Of a stretch of 64,000 bases of DNA, positions 38,331-52,100 are shown in pieces (within the stretch, counting starts at the first letter, position 1; every line of letters begins with the position of its first letter). A program made the translations under genes and the position numbers. Source of the stretch: Octopus sinensis (taxonomy: Eukaryota). The stretch covers positions 81,282,001 to 81,346,000 of the forward strand of contig NC_043003.1 of assembly GCF_006345805.1 (NCBI RefSeq), in the 5' to 3' direction. The notes under the pieces were generated by a model, which saw only the letters and a program-made list of their open reading frames with translations, was not told where the DNA came from and ran no database searches.

Positions 38331-40724
38331 TATACATAAGCATAAACATACATACAAACCCATAATGTTGTTTTTTTTTTAGTTTTTGCTTTTCAACTGG
38401 GCTAACTCTTTGAATAAATTAGTATAATTCTTAGAATGCGCGATGAAAGGATGTCAATTAGAAAACATTCCCAACAAAATTTAATGTAACTGTGAATGTG
38501 ATACTCATACTGGAAAGGTAAAGCAAAAATATGTACTAAGACTAGATTAAACGTTTGCATAGCTCTTACCATGTGTAACCTGTTAATATTTTAAGCTTTG
38601 TATATATTCTTTCAGTAACCGTTATCACATTTTAATGAAAAGTTTTTTTGAGAATTTTTCTATGTTTTCCTCCATACAACCGTATTTATCGCTGCTAGTT
38701 GCGTCCACTCCAGTCCACAGTACCAAAAATACAATCGAGGGCATACATAATATGGTGTTGTAAGTCTTTCTCAGTTTTTCTGGTCTACAAGATATACTGA
38801 TAAACAAATGCATTATTTCTAACAATCTTTTGATCCAAATTATAAAGGAACGCGATTTACTTATGCCTATCTATTGTGACGCCTATAACTTCAGAATTCA
38901 AACTTCCTACTATAACTAAGCATTTCACTTCTATCCTTGAGTCTAATTTTTGTTGTTACTGTTGCTGTTGTTATTATTAATGCTGTTGTTGCTGCTGACG
39001 CTAATGCTTCAGCATGTATCTGTTTGAAATGCACTAAGACAAAATCAGCAAATAGTAGGCACAAAAAATTAAAAAAATTCCCATTTCGCCTTCTATATGA
39101 TTTAACTTGCCAATGCATTCAATTATCTTTGCTCTGTAGTTAATGGCTTCGCCTTTTACATTTACAAAATTTGTCACTCTGTTTCAATCATATTTCTAAA
39201 GGAAACTAATGAAACCTCCTTGAAAATTTTTCGTCCGTCCATTTCCTACTATTTGGGGGATATATCGTCACAAGTAACTTCTCATCATGTGTTATTTTTT
39301 TAAACTTAAGCTGAAGCAAATGATGTTTTAATTTGTCTGAAAATTGCTCCGTTGTGTGATCGATATAGTTATTCTACATCATTCCATCTATCCATGTATG
39401 GCTTTATCTCTCAACAAATGATATATTCCCTTCACATACACAGTTGTTAATTCAAATAGAAGAAGCAGATAGCAATCTATATTCTAAGTTATTCAATAAA
39501 ATATTGAATATACCTTCAATTTTCTCAGAAGTGGATTCATAACGAATTATTACTCGTTGGTTCTATAATCGAAATCCACCTGATACTTTGATTGAGCATC
39601 CTTTCGTAACTGAAAATGTTTCACCTGATCGAATATAAAATTATAACAGAATCTTTTCAACTTACATCTAGCAATAAAGCTTTTCAAGATGTCTTCTATT
39701 ATCGAAAAATGCACTTTAGAAATGGGTATTTATAAGATGTTATCTTATCGATTTATTTCATTTATCCTCCCAGATTTAACAAACTAGTTGCTGTAGAATG
39801 TTTCTAAAGTGCTCAGATGTGAAGAAAATAGCTTTTTCGACTTCTACTAAACAATGATAAATCTAAAAGCTACATATGTAGAACTGTCACCAAAACTGTC
39901 CTTGAAATGTCACAGTTTGCTTCTAACAATTGTGTAACCATTATTTCAAAGAAGAACATTGATACTAAAAGAAACACAGTTAAATTGTTAAAAGAAATGC
40001 ATTAAACGACTATACTGAAACACGGTTTTCTTTTTTAAAAAATCTTTTAACCATTTGATTGCGGGAAGTGTGGTAAATGATAAAACACTGAGCTGAATAT
40101 TTTGCAGCATTATTTAGATGTATCCATTTTCATCTTATTTTGAAGTTCTGCCAAATTCAAATTCGATTTGCCTAAGATGTACTAAGTACCAGTAGTGTAC
40201 TGCGATGTATTCAATCGATTGTAGCACTCAGCAGAAAGTTTGTGGTCGTGTGCTGTTATATAGTTCTGTTGTAATGAGGGAGATTATATCTCCATTCCTG
40301 GCTGTAGATATTTCATTTTATTTTTGACGATAGTGACTTTCAACAAGGTCTCAACATCATATTTTACCCTTTTATTGATTGCCTAAAGATTATATCTTGC
40401 GAGTCTCGTGAAAATATACTAGAATATAATGGTATATTGGGGATCAGCGATGGGCAAGTGAAAATGTTTCTAATTAGTCACAACCAGGACATGCTTTCAA
40501 TTTTTGTTTGTAGACAGCTGTACATACACATTAAAAGAATACATGTCACAACTTCATATCTCCTAAAACACACGATCTAGTATTAGATTAATAATTCGTG
40601 TTTTTAGTCTTGTTCCATTGTTGATAATTTATATTTTCTGAGAGATTGACCAGAGGCAGTTATAAGAAGAATCATGGATTAGTAAATAGTGATGAATTAG
40701 AATTAAGGGTGGTACATTGGCAGT

Positions 40725-41560
40725 CAAAGTGGTGAGCGAGCGATATACTTTCCAGTATTTAGCTACAAATGTTTACGTTCCCGTTTTAAACCCCAACGAG
40801 GTTAACTTTGCCTTTCAACCCTCTGGTGTCTATAATGTAATCTACCAGTCAACTAATGGAGTTTATAGAATCAAATAATCTCTTCCGTCAAATTTCCTTT
40901 CTTGTATCTAAATTAGAAACAATATCAGTATTTCACTTAACTGCAGTTTGTCATGTCATGACAAATAATACTCATTTCAATAGTTAAATAATAATAGAAG
41001 AAAGGGAAAACTGAAAAAATGGATATGGTTTCGATTCCATCATGCCTTCAAAATAATTTTAGAGTGGTGGATTACTAGGATCATCAGAGTGCCTTGCGGT
41101 GTTTATCCTAATTCTTTACATTCTGGTTTCAAATCACAAACGCAGTTATCTTTGTCTTTTATGCTTCCGAGATCCTTAAAATAAAGTACCTTAAAATAAA
41201 AGCATCTACTTGGATCAATTCGCTCTATTATCTCCTTCCTTCAAATTTCTGATGCCATGCCTATATTAGAAGAATACGTTTCATTTACTTTCAGTGAGCA
41301 AATACCATATATAACTTGCTTACCTACTTTTTTATAGATAATTTATATTGCGTAATGTTAAGGCAGCAGTATCTTTAACAAGCCGAACAAAATACTTAGC
41401 GGCATTTTTACGTTCTGAGTCCAAATTCTACCTAGGTCGACTTTGCCTTTCATCCTTTCGAGAGCGATTAAATTAAGTTCCATTTGAACACGGGGTTGAT
41501 GTAATCGACTTATCCCTCCACCGACATTGCTGGCCTTGTGCCAAAGTTTGAAACTGATCT
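40725..41560 (+). mobile_element. Cluster of three old family-B-related SINEs
   Basis: Three degenerate bodies of the type ACGTTCTG..TTC.AA..CTTTGCCTTTCA.CC at about 40725-40925, 41075-41270 and 41355-41560. Confidence 0.7.
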
Positions 41561-43735
41561 TATATAAATTTTAATCATATTAATGCATGTCTAATGCATA
41601 CCAAACTTTATTACAATCGACTTTCCAACGTCTCAATTTCGCATAATCTAGCTACGGCCTATATCTAATAGTCTTTTGTTCGTTTGCAATCCATATATAC
41701 AATATTCTTCATTAGCGTTGCTACTAGTTTCATCAGTCTAATTAGCAATTTCATTAGTTTATGTAGTGAAGCTAATGAAAGTTTATACTGATATGAGCAA
41801 CAAGTCATATTAGATGTTTAGTTTATTAGTGAAATGTAATCACAAACTTGTCTACAGCAAATTATTTTCTTTCAAATAATTTGTTAATGGAGTCATCAAG
41901 AGAAAATCTGAAAATCAATTACACTATTTAGTAGAATGAATGTAGCGATATAGTTATCGAAACCCCTGTTCAGTTGATGTTATGCAAATTCTATCCTTCA
42001 AGTGGACATCTATCCTGAGAAATGTATTAATTTCATGGACACTGAGCAATAGTCACAAGTATTACACAGTTCGAAACTGGTAAAATATTTGTTAAAATGA
42101 CTATAAACATTATGCAATATCGGAACAGTCAAGGTTTTTATTTCTATTTTCTATTGGAAATCAAAGTTATTTTCACTTACATTTCAAATACTAACTATTC
42201 TAGAAATTTTAGGGTTCGTGCTTACTTACAGGGTAACCAGGAACATATGTAAAATATTCACAAATATGCTATGACATTACTTTAACTGCATTGCATGAAC
42301 TCTATGAAGATGGCAATATGATTAGTTATAAGCATTTTTTGTATGACTGTGTCATAGGATGAGAGCTAAGTCTTTGATATCTTGCACGACCTCATATACT
42401 GGCAACGGAAGGGATCGAGGTAAATATGACACAGAAAGTACTATAGTAGGAAGCAGCACATCAGTTTATCAAGATTCTGTCGGTGGCGATAAACTTGGTT
42501 GAATCTATAAGAAACTAAAAAGTGGTTCAAGAAAATCCACTGGTTCTACGTACAACATCTACTAATTGAAATTCATCCACTGCGTTTTGCTCAGCTGAAG
42601 AATATAACTTTAGACACATTGTCTAATATGTCGTGCAATGGTACCGAATAATTATGAAATAGAATTCTTAAACATAGGACAAATCTGCATTGTCAGGTTA
42701 TTAAAGCAAGTTTTATTTCTAAATAATTAAGTTTATACTTGCAATCGGAAACAGTTGTCAATACCTCAAGCTAAATAAACTAACATTTCCTCAAACATTT
42801 CCTCAAACTTGTTTAATAGCTAACTGAAAGCAAAACTAAAAAAATACTTACACATTAGGCTCAGAGGCGACAATGTGAATCAACTATCTATTTGTAAAAT
42901 TTGCAATACGTATATTGTACATGTTCTTCCGAAATGCAGAGTTAGGCACAAGCCTAACTACTTCTCATAGAGAAGTACTAGAAGTTACTAGAACTGTCAC
43001 TGAAATAATGATATATATAAATGCATGTGCGTGTGTGTGTAATGATGTATTATATACATAAATACACAGATACATTTGCCCAAGTTTCTGGGTAGTAAAA
43101 TTGAACACAGAGCCACGTGACTGAGAGAGAAGAACACCTTAATATTGATGTTGTACATGAACAGGAAGTCGTACAGATGGAAATAGAAGTAGTATAAGTG
43201 ATTGAATCCCACATAATTTCAATGAGCCTGTTTTATCGACACGGTAATATTTCACGCTTTACTGTCATAACAGTAAAACAGACCTTGAATAATACGGTCG
43301 TAGCTACACTACGTCGGACGGGGAAACTAAATGCTTTGGGTGAAACAGTGTGTCTTTGAAATTTGACTTCTACAAATTTTGCTCAATACCTGCTTAATCA
43401 GGATCAAGCTGCGGTCGGAAAACAACATAACTTTGTGGAATTCAATACAAATTTAACAGTTAAAAAATTCAGCTACGAACTTACGGGGACCAGACTAAAT
43501 AATGCAATGCCCATAATCGGGATTTCTGTTTTAGATAATAATCCATTGGTTTCTAATTATAAAATAAGACCACATATTTTGAACCAGAAATGTAGCCGAT
43601 TTAATTGTTCCTAACACAATACCAATTCTTAGTTTACATAGAGTGTGAATTACTGTACTAAAAACCGATTTCAGTGTGATTTGATCTCAAAAGGGAGAGA
43701 TAACCAAATTTTGAAGACATTTTCTTTCACAGTTA

Positions 43736-43810
43736 TTTGACCTGCTAGAAATAGTAGCCAAATAGCCCTCAAATCACACCCTACTCTCATAGGACAATGT
43801 AATACTTTAT
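43736..43810 (+). mobile_element. Short dispersed repeat (GACCTGCTAGAAATAG.AGCCAAAT..CCCTCAAATCACACC)
   Basis: Related fragments by eye at ~10150-10235(-), ~36815-36860(-), ~46285-46330(+), ~49285-49330(-), ~50783-50830(+) and ~59240-59280(-). Confidence 0.6.
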
Positions 43811-44340
43811 ATATTATTCCTGAAAAATGGAACATATTGGTCTTTGTTGAAACACCATGGATAGTAGAACTGCGCAATTAGAGATGTCCAGAAACTAAAC
43901 TGCAATCGGCGGTTATTCATTGTAGGAGAGGAATGTATTGTATCAATACTGATTTCTAATAATTAAACACTTCGACGAGTACAGTCAGTTAAGATATTTA
44001 ATCCATACCCTAGAATCATGATTCTGTAATAACACTAACGTTCATATGCACCAAAAGAAGTCGTAAATCCCTGGTAAAAGAATGTCATTTCATGGCTTCG
44101 ATGGATAGTTCAAGTCCATTACCACTTCACTGAAACGCTTTGGAGTTCTTCATATGTCCCTATCTTTAAAAGAAAATTCTTTGTACCTGGTCAAAAAGAG
44201 TTATTATATTACTTTATGGCATTCATGCTCAACGTAATAAAGAGGATAACTGTCATTGGTAATATTACTGTTATTCAATGAATACTGCTGACTGGTATTT
44301 AGGCACAAACCACATATTTTAGGTAAGGATATAACCAAAT

Positions 44341-44944
44341 GGAAGGCAGCGAGGTGGCAGAAACGTTAGCACGCCGGGCGAGATGCTCAGCAGTATTTCG
44401 TCTGCCGCGACGTTCTGAGTTCAAATTCCGCCGAAGTCGACTTTGCCTTTCATCCTTTCGGGGTCGATAAATTAAGTACCAGTTACGCACTGGAACTGAT
44501 GTAATCGACTTAATCCGTTTGTCTGTCCTCGTTTGTCCCTTCTATGTTTAGCCCCTTGTGGGTAGTAAAGAAGTAGGTATTGCGTCTGCCGCTACGTTCT
44601 GAGTTCAAATTCCGCCGAGGTCGACTTTGCCTTTCATCCTTTCGGGGTCGATTAAATAAGTACCAGTTACGCACTGGGATCGATGTAATCGACTTAATTC
44701 CTTTGTCTGTCCTTCTTTGATCACTCTATGTTTAGCCCCTTGTTGGTAGTAAAGAAATAGGTATTGCGTCTGCCGCTACGTTCTGAGTTCAAATTCCGCC
44801 GCGGTCGACTTTGCCTTTCATCCTTTCGGGGTCGATTAAATAAGTACCAGTTACGCACTGGGATCGATGTTATCGACTTAATCCCTTTGTCTGTCCTTGT
44901 TTTTCCACTCTATGTTTAGCCCCTTGTTGGTAGTAAAGAAATAT
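44341..44944 (+). mobile_element. Family B SINE tandem trimer (one head, three 184-bp bodies)
   Basis: Bodies start at 44393, 44577 and 44761. One TSD, ATATAAC[C/T]AAAT at 44329-44340 and 44945-44956, surrounds the whole array. Confidence 0.95.
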
Positions 44945-46539
44945 ATATAACTAAATAGATCGACCTAAATACTCAACTGATGTGAAAGATCGCTTTGATG
45001 GGATTTGAACTAAGGAAGTAAAGATATGCAAATAAATGCCATAATGCATTTGCCTGTCGTTCTACTAATTATTCCAACTGTTACCAATTCTGCAATCCAA
45101 AGTCATTTTGTCTGTCACTCTACCAATTCTGCTAAGTCAACAACAGCATTTTTAAGTGTATATTGCTAAAAATATGTATTTCGGATTTGCAAATTGAAAT
45201 TAAATTTATCATTACGTTCTACATTCCCGTTGTATTCAATTATTAGTTTAATCTTTTCATACTTGATGAAAATATCTTTAGTTGGTTATTTTCAACTTAA
45301 TCAAATAATTGAATGCATATTTAGCCAGACCTTTTCCTTTCTCTTGTGATCTCTAGTGATTTTGTCCTGTTCGCCCTTTTATAATGAATAAACAAAGAAA
45401 CAAAATTTGCGCTTGCGTGTTCTTTTTTGAAACAAAACAAAAATAGATTAATATTTGTTATTCATTAACCTCTGATATCGATCGCTCAGTGAATACAGCA
45501 GCTACCTTCATTTTTAAAATCATGTTCTTGTGGCTTTAGTTTTGATTTCTAGTCAGCAAAAAAAAAAGTTGATAATGACCTTGCATAAACTGATATATTG
45601 TCCTAACACAACCGTCTTTAAATGCCGTGCATTTTTTGATTATTCATTCTTTGATTAATAATCAGTAACATTATCTGTTATATTTTAAATTCATTGTTTT
45701 CTTTTAAGAATATTGTTAAAATGGGAGAAATAAAGGAAAAAGTAATAGCGTGTCTAGCCTTTTCTACCAAGTCTAATATGTGATTTAAAGATTATGGCTG
45801 ACAACTTGCTAAGTTGATAAAAGGAAGACTAAAATCAAATAAAGATTTATAATGTTTGAGGTTTAACGGATGAATGAGTTAAAGATCGAGAAATTTAATA
45901 ATTTAATGAAATAAAACTTCCATTTATTAAGTAATATAGACAATTTGCAAAAGAAAAAAGAAAACGATTCTTTTTATCACAATTACATTTGTTTTCTAAT
46001 AGTTTAGGAAATATAAGATTGTATTAATGTACGACATGATCAGAAAATCTTTTGTCGTTTGTATAGTTGAAAATAACTTAGATGAAAACAACAACAACCT
46101 AAATACCACATTAAGATAGTATATTGTTTTTTTTATGTTTTCCATTGTTTATTATAATTACTTTTTCCTTATATTAATATCATTTATTTACATCGATTCA
46201 TCTTTCCGAAATAAGTATTTTCTAAGTATCATTACTTCTAAGTACTGACGAGGGACAACATCTACGTAGTACTTCGATCTGAAAAAAATTGCGGCCATAT
46301 AGCCCTCAAATTACACGCTATCGTGTTAATGTGAATGGGTCACATTGTAGAATAAAGTTCGAGATACATTATAACCTTACACAATGACAGAATGTTCGAT
46401 TATTGAACGCCTTTGATCATCTCTTTGTTCAATTGAGGTGGATAGAGAGCTAAGCAACAAGCATCTAAATGTTGCTGGTATCAGTTAATATTATTTATTC
46501 AAGTCACTTTACTTCATTTTATTAACATAATATGAATAA

Positions 46540-47165
46540 AGGCGACGTATTTAGCCGCATAATTGAAGCGGCGAATGAACTATCTTACATCTTACCTTCT
46601 GGGTTCAAAACTCGCTGTGCTTTTCAAGATCGATAAAAAGGTACCGATCAAGTGCTTGGATTAATGTAATCGACTAACCCTATCTCCAATCAAAACTGAT
46701 GAACTTGTGCCTAAATTAGAAACAACCATTATGTCATGAAAATGGCAATATGTTAGCAGGATAGTTAGAGTACCAAACAAAATGGTATACCGTGTCTCTT
46801 CTGTCTCTTAACCACTGAGTTTCAAATCTCGTCGGTTATGTTCATCTCTCAGTTTTTGTGACTGATAAAATTATAGTACCATTCAAGTACCGAGGACAGA
46901 TAAAAATCACTTAATCCTTACCCTTACATTGCTGAGTCATGCTTGAATTAGAAATTATTATTATAGGGAACAGGATAATGAACTGACAGATTAGTTAGAA
47001 CATTGGACGAAAAGCCTTGCAGTATTTAGTTAGATCACTCTTTTTCTGAGTTCGAATCCCAGTGCGCCCAATCCTTCTGTTATCAGTAAGATATGGTCCA
47101 CATCAAGTACTAAGATCGATAGTATCGACTAACAGACTCTGTAATTTAAATCACCAGAAACAATT
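46540..47165 (+). mobile_element. Cluster of three old family-B-related SINEs
   Basis: Degenerate head, B-box and GATCGAT-body motifs repeated three times on the same strand. Confidence 0.65.
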
Positions 47166-47389
47166 GTAATAAAAACAACTTTTATGACATGAAAATTCAT
47201 GGTTATTTGTAAGTCCCAGTCCCCGCGTATAGGATACAGATTCGATTCCTGAAGTGGCTACTTCCCTTACCCCGGTTATGTTCAAGTGAAGGCAGCAGAC
47301 AATAATCACAAAAGGTCAAACCTTTCACTTTATCACATTAAGACATGCAGTTAATTTTTGCTTGAGTCTTTGAGATTTCCCATGATTCT

Positions 47390-48663
47390 TTGTTGTCAGT
47401 GTGCGCATGCCCCATTGTGTTGCGCACTGAAGAAGATAACCGGCTGTGTTTAGCCAGCCAAAAGAAGCTGCTGCACTTGGACCCGCTGAGGGTCGTTGTC
47501 TGTGCTTATATATTTTACAAACAGGGAATCCTCCCTGAATTCAGGATGTCGGTCTACTTGTGGTTCAGAAATATGGTCCATAGTAAATGAAGATTTTTTT
47601 CTCATTAGCTGGTGGGTGTATCCTTCAAATACTTTGTTTTTACAACAACAACATTTACCATTATTGGAAAACTGTATTTCAAGTGTTCACATGAAGTGAA
47701 AATTATTTTCTCATTGTGAGAAATATAGTTTGGTGACTATCCTGCCTCTGCAAGTCGTTCGCCGTTTTTAAATAGTGTGTATTTTACGACTACATTGGAT
47801 AGCTGTATTCAAGTGGAGTAGTCCAGGTTCGAATTGGAATGCCATAAGGGCTTGGAGTACATGAATGCCCAGAAATTTTTTTTTGCTGTGTTTTCTTTTT
47901 TTGAACTGTTGTTTTCTTCTTCTATTGTGACTTTTTATTGAACTGTTTGTTTTTTTATTTATTTCTTCTTTCCTTTTGTTTTCTTTTGAATTCTCTCTTT
48001 CCTTTTTTGCCCGCCGAAGGACCCTAAGTCTTCGGGAGGTTGGGGAGAGACTCCGGACAAAGTGAAAGAGCTCCACTCTCCCGAAGTCAGGAAGAAAAGA
48101 GAAAAAGAAGGAACGAGTCATCGCAGGGGGAAGATGATGTGCCCTCTGCATGTCCCGAATTTGTGCCACCCACGGTGGAAGAAACGACTATAACCCTTAA
48201 AGATGATGAATTATTTTTTTTCTACAAGGGCTGGGAGGTGGAAAAAATAGTAGAAGAACATAAAGAGACAATAGATATGGCCTCCGTAGATAGCTGTGGA
48301 GGTCATAAGGTTTCCCTTGTGGGAAAGGCTTAAAGGATTTGGGGAAAAGTCTCGTATATGGCCGGGTGGACATTACACGACTCAGATATCCTTCATGAGT
48401 GAGGCATGGGAAATGGTGGGATATAGGAACTCAAGTGGCATTAAAGATAATGATGGATATAGGAGGTGAAAAAGCCTCGTTAGAGGGTTTGAAACCTCAT
48501 ATTGATGTTTAAAAAAAAAGAGAATGTTTTCGAGAAAAATCCAATCGGCGGGTGTTGGGTTTCATCTCTCATTTATTCATTTTATTTCATTGTCATTCAT
48601 TAATGTGTTTGTCCAGCCAGCGGCTACTGTTTATACTGCCTTTATGGCAAGTAAAATGAAATA
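47390..48663 (+). mobile_element. Unclassified ~1.3-kb element with a decayed ORF and AATAAA end
   Basis: GC-richer block. Coding-like segments at ~48010-48511 are joined by single-base frameshifts, and a 3'UTR-like region ends in AAATAAA. No domain was recognised. Confidence 0.4.
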
Positions 48664-48812
48664 AAGTAGCTTGCCTACCAATCACATAGTTCCGGATCCA
48701 GTCCCACTGCGTGGCATCTTCGCCAACTGTCTTCTACTATAGCCTCGGGCCAACCAAAGCATTGTGAGTGGATTTGGTAGACTGAAACTGAAACAAGCCC
48801 ATCGTGTATATA

Positions 48813-48867
<55 letters not shown>

Positions 48868-49100
48868 ATATATATGTATGTGTTTGTATATATGTTTGTG
48901 TGTCTGTGTTTGTCCTCCCCCCAACATCACTTGACAACCGATGCTGGTGTGTTTACGTCCCCCGTAACTTAGCGGTTCGGCAAAATAGACTGATACAAGT
49001 ACTAGGCGTACAAAGAATAAGTCCTGGGGGTCGATTTGCTCGACTAAAGGCGGTGCTCCAGCATGGCCTCAGTCAAATGACTGAAACAAGTGAAAGAGTA
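48664..49100 (+). mobile_element. Family A SINE with expanded central (TA)n
   Basis: Close match to 52815-53185. Central microsatellite at ~48805-48900. Confidence 0.93.
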
Positions 49101-52100
49101 AATATTTTAAGATACTAGAATTTGGTATAAAATAGATTATTGTTGTTGTTTAGCCTCAGATTAGTCCTTATCAACCGTGCAATTTGACGTTCGGGAATTA
49201 GATATACATAATTTTTATTTTCTGCTATACTATATCTAAAACTAAAAGGTCCAACATATTTTTTACTGTTTATTAATTTATGATGACAAGGTGTAGGTTG
49301 AGAAAGATTTGGCTATCATTTCTAGCATACCCAGCGTCCGTCGAGGATGTCTCACTCGGTTTGCATGTTATACTTTAATATGAAATAGCAAAAGGAAGCT
49401 TAAAAGTTTGTATGATTTCTAAGTTAAAGTGACATTATTCATAGATACAATGCAGGAAAATCTAAATACATATAGATGTAAATGTGATGATATTTCTCAT
49501 ATTTTTCTTAACATACGAATAGTTTAGAAATATATTTTTTCCTTAATTTATTCCATGTCAAAAGTGTGCCCTGTATTCATCTCAGCATTAATTCTAAATC
49601 TACAATAACACAGAGCATTGTGGAGCATATTTTTATATTGCATTCTATGAAAGATACTTGATAGAATAGAATAAAATATTTTTAATACCATATTTTTCTG
49701 ATCATTTTTCAAATATTAATGACACTTAAAGCATGGCTTGGTCATGATTCATAGAATCATAGAACTATAATCAATGTCATTTTCTTGTTTGTGTTTTTAT
49801 CAAATTATTTGCTTATATAAATAAGTTTCGGTCTTAAGCGTTTTCATACAAGTTACACCATATGGCAGTGCACACATTTTTATAAAAGGAATATGTTTCC
49901 TTCTAATATCGTTTGTTTCATATAGGAAACTCCATGCTTCATGACTGCAATATAGATATACTTTCTCAAGCAAATTCGACATCAATCATCAGAACTAAAT
50001 AGTTATTGACAAGTCAGCAGAGACAATTTGCAGGTTTCGTCTTAAGATATTTGTCATTATCTCTGTTTTCCTCACGATGGATCATTCTCAAGAGATTTAT
50101 ATTACCAGAATCAACAAGAATATTGTTCAGATGCAAGAATATAGGCATAACGTAATGTGTCACATCCTTTATCATCAGGCCTTAAGTTAAGACCATCAGC
50201 GGCCAATACCACACACAAATTATATAACTCTTGGTCATCTTGTTAGTAAACTTTCTGATTGGAATGTTGTTGTCAAAAGGAATTGAACATTAACTCAGGA
50301 GAATGTCTCACTTATGCCGTATAGAAGTTCATCTTTTTGGAGCAAAATATATTTACTTCTCAAACTATGATGTAACTATTATGACATCATGCAGTTATCT
50401 GACCTGCAGAAAAAGTTACCAAATTCTCTCCAGATTACATAAAACCCCCTTAAAAAATAAAACAAAAAATACTTGATGTTTAATTTATTACTGGAATGTC
50501 TTTTACCGAGGTTCTGTTTCATTTAATCTGATTCTGCGCTAAGCAAAAATATGTAACGAACCAACTAATTGGCTTCTCCATGCGATTTGATCTTCAGAAA
50601 TATCAGTTAAATATTCCCAAAAGAGAGAGTTCCTACGTTTTAAAAACATAAAGGTTTTTATCTCAAAACGGCTGGTATTTAAATGGTTGGTAGCATTTGA
50701 TCATAAATAACCAAGACTTAAATAACAATATTTACGAAAATAAGATCACTGTTATGTATCTCAGAAACCAACGCGAATAGCTTGACCTATTAGAAATAGC
50801 TACGTAAATATCTCCGAAATAAAACTACTGTTTTAAGGAAAGCTACATTAGGCAATGTGTAGTCATATGTATACCTAAAAGGACGTAATGGTCAAAGATA
50901 GAATAACTTTTGATCGTGAGTTTACTTGAACAGATTTGACCTCCGGCTAAAGAACAACTGATAAATATCGATCCGATACCAGAGTGTACTAATCATGATT
51001 GCTGTCCACCGATTTCAGTTTGTGGCCATTATATCAAAGAAACACGACCGAAATGAGATTTATAATCATAGACATATTTCCTACGTGATGCAAAGTTATT
51101 TCAAATCATACCATCATAACGATCCAAGTAAATGGAAGCGTTGATGAATGAAGATATACCGTATGACGGATAGTATCTTTCATAACATAGTGTTGGTTAT
51201 CTCAAAGAAAAAGAAACATTAATTTTCGGAATAGCTACTAAAATTTGGGCAAGGACACCCAAGTATTTTTGCAAAATCTGCAAAGTATATAATATTTGCA
51301 GCACTTTAACGCAAAAAAGCTGAAGTTGTTTTCGTAAAGATAAAAAATATTTCCCATGATAATTCAACTGTCATTCTATGCACGCTGTTCTATTAATTAT
51401 CTACAAATTATAATTTCGGACCACAGTTATCAAGGCATACTAACTGCGTTGTAAATATTTATGAATTACTGTGATCAAGACAAGATCTCATCTCTCATAA
51501 ATCGCAACTCAGCGCATTCGTTAATTAAACTGTTTAGGTTTTTCACGACGCTCCTCAAAGTTAATATTCTGAAACTTTTTCTAATCATCTCCTTTCAACT
51601 ATACCCATAACAGTACATTTTGCTCCATCGATCTTATTGACTTTGTGATCATTGAAAGAGCCTAATAATATTTGTATGATATATGTAACCTTTTTTTTTA
51701 AATTATATAATTTATTTGATTCACATTCAATTCCAAAGACGGCAGTAGAAACAGAACTTTGCAGAACAACATATGTAATTAATGATTTTTATCATTTTAG
51801 CTTGTTTCTATTTTAACACTTCTCATTGACGTATTGTTATCTATGGTCCTGTTGTGCTAAACAGTGCACCAGATATATTGCATATTTAAACTGGAAACAT
51901 TCCAAGAATGATTTGTGTGAGTCATATTATTTTTGGCAACTGTATATCGGTTTAGTTAATAAATTACCTTTCCATAAATTTGTAAAGCACTATTATTCTC
52001 AGCAATGTGAACAGTATGAGAGGTTTATTATGACGGAATGACATGTTCAATGTTTATAGTTAATACAATAATGCCTTAAAGACTCCAGATGCCAAAATAC

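Noticed and set aside
42463-42506. H-type pseudoknot-like stems AGTTTATC/GATAAACT and AGATTC/GAATCT
   Set aside because: Short AT-rich stems with no slippery site, ORF or ribozyme core. Likely chance.
43363-43614. 83-aa non-repetitive ORF
   Set aside because: TTG start, no recognisable domain and no convincing splice sites.
44393-44944. CRISPR-like or satellite interpretation of the regular 184-bp repeats
   Set aside because: No unique spacers. The units are SINE bodies within one TSD, in a eukaryotic context.
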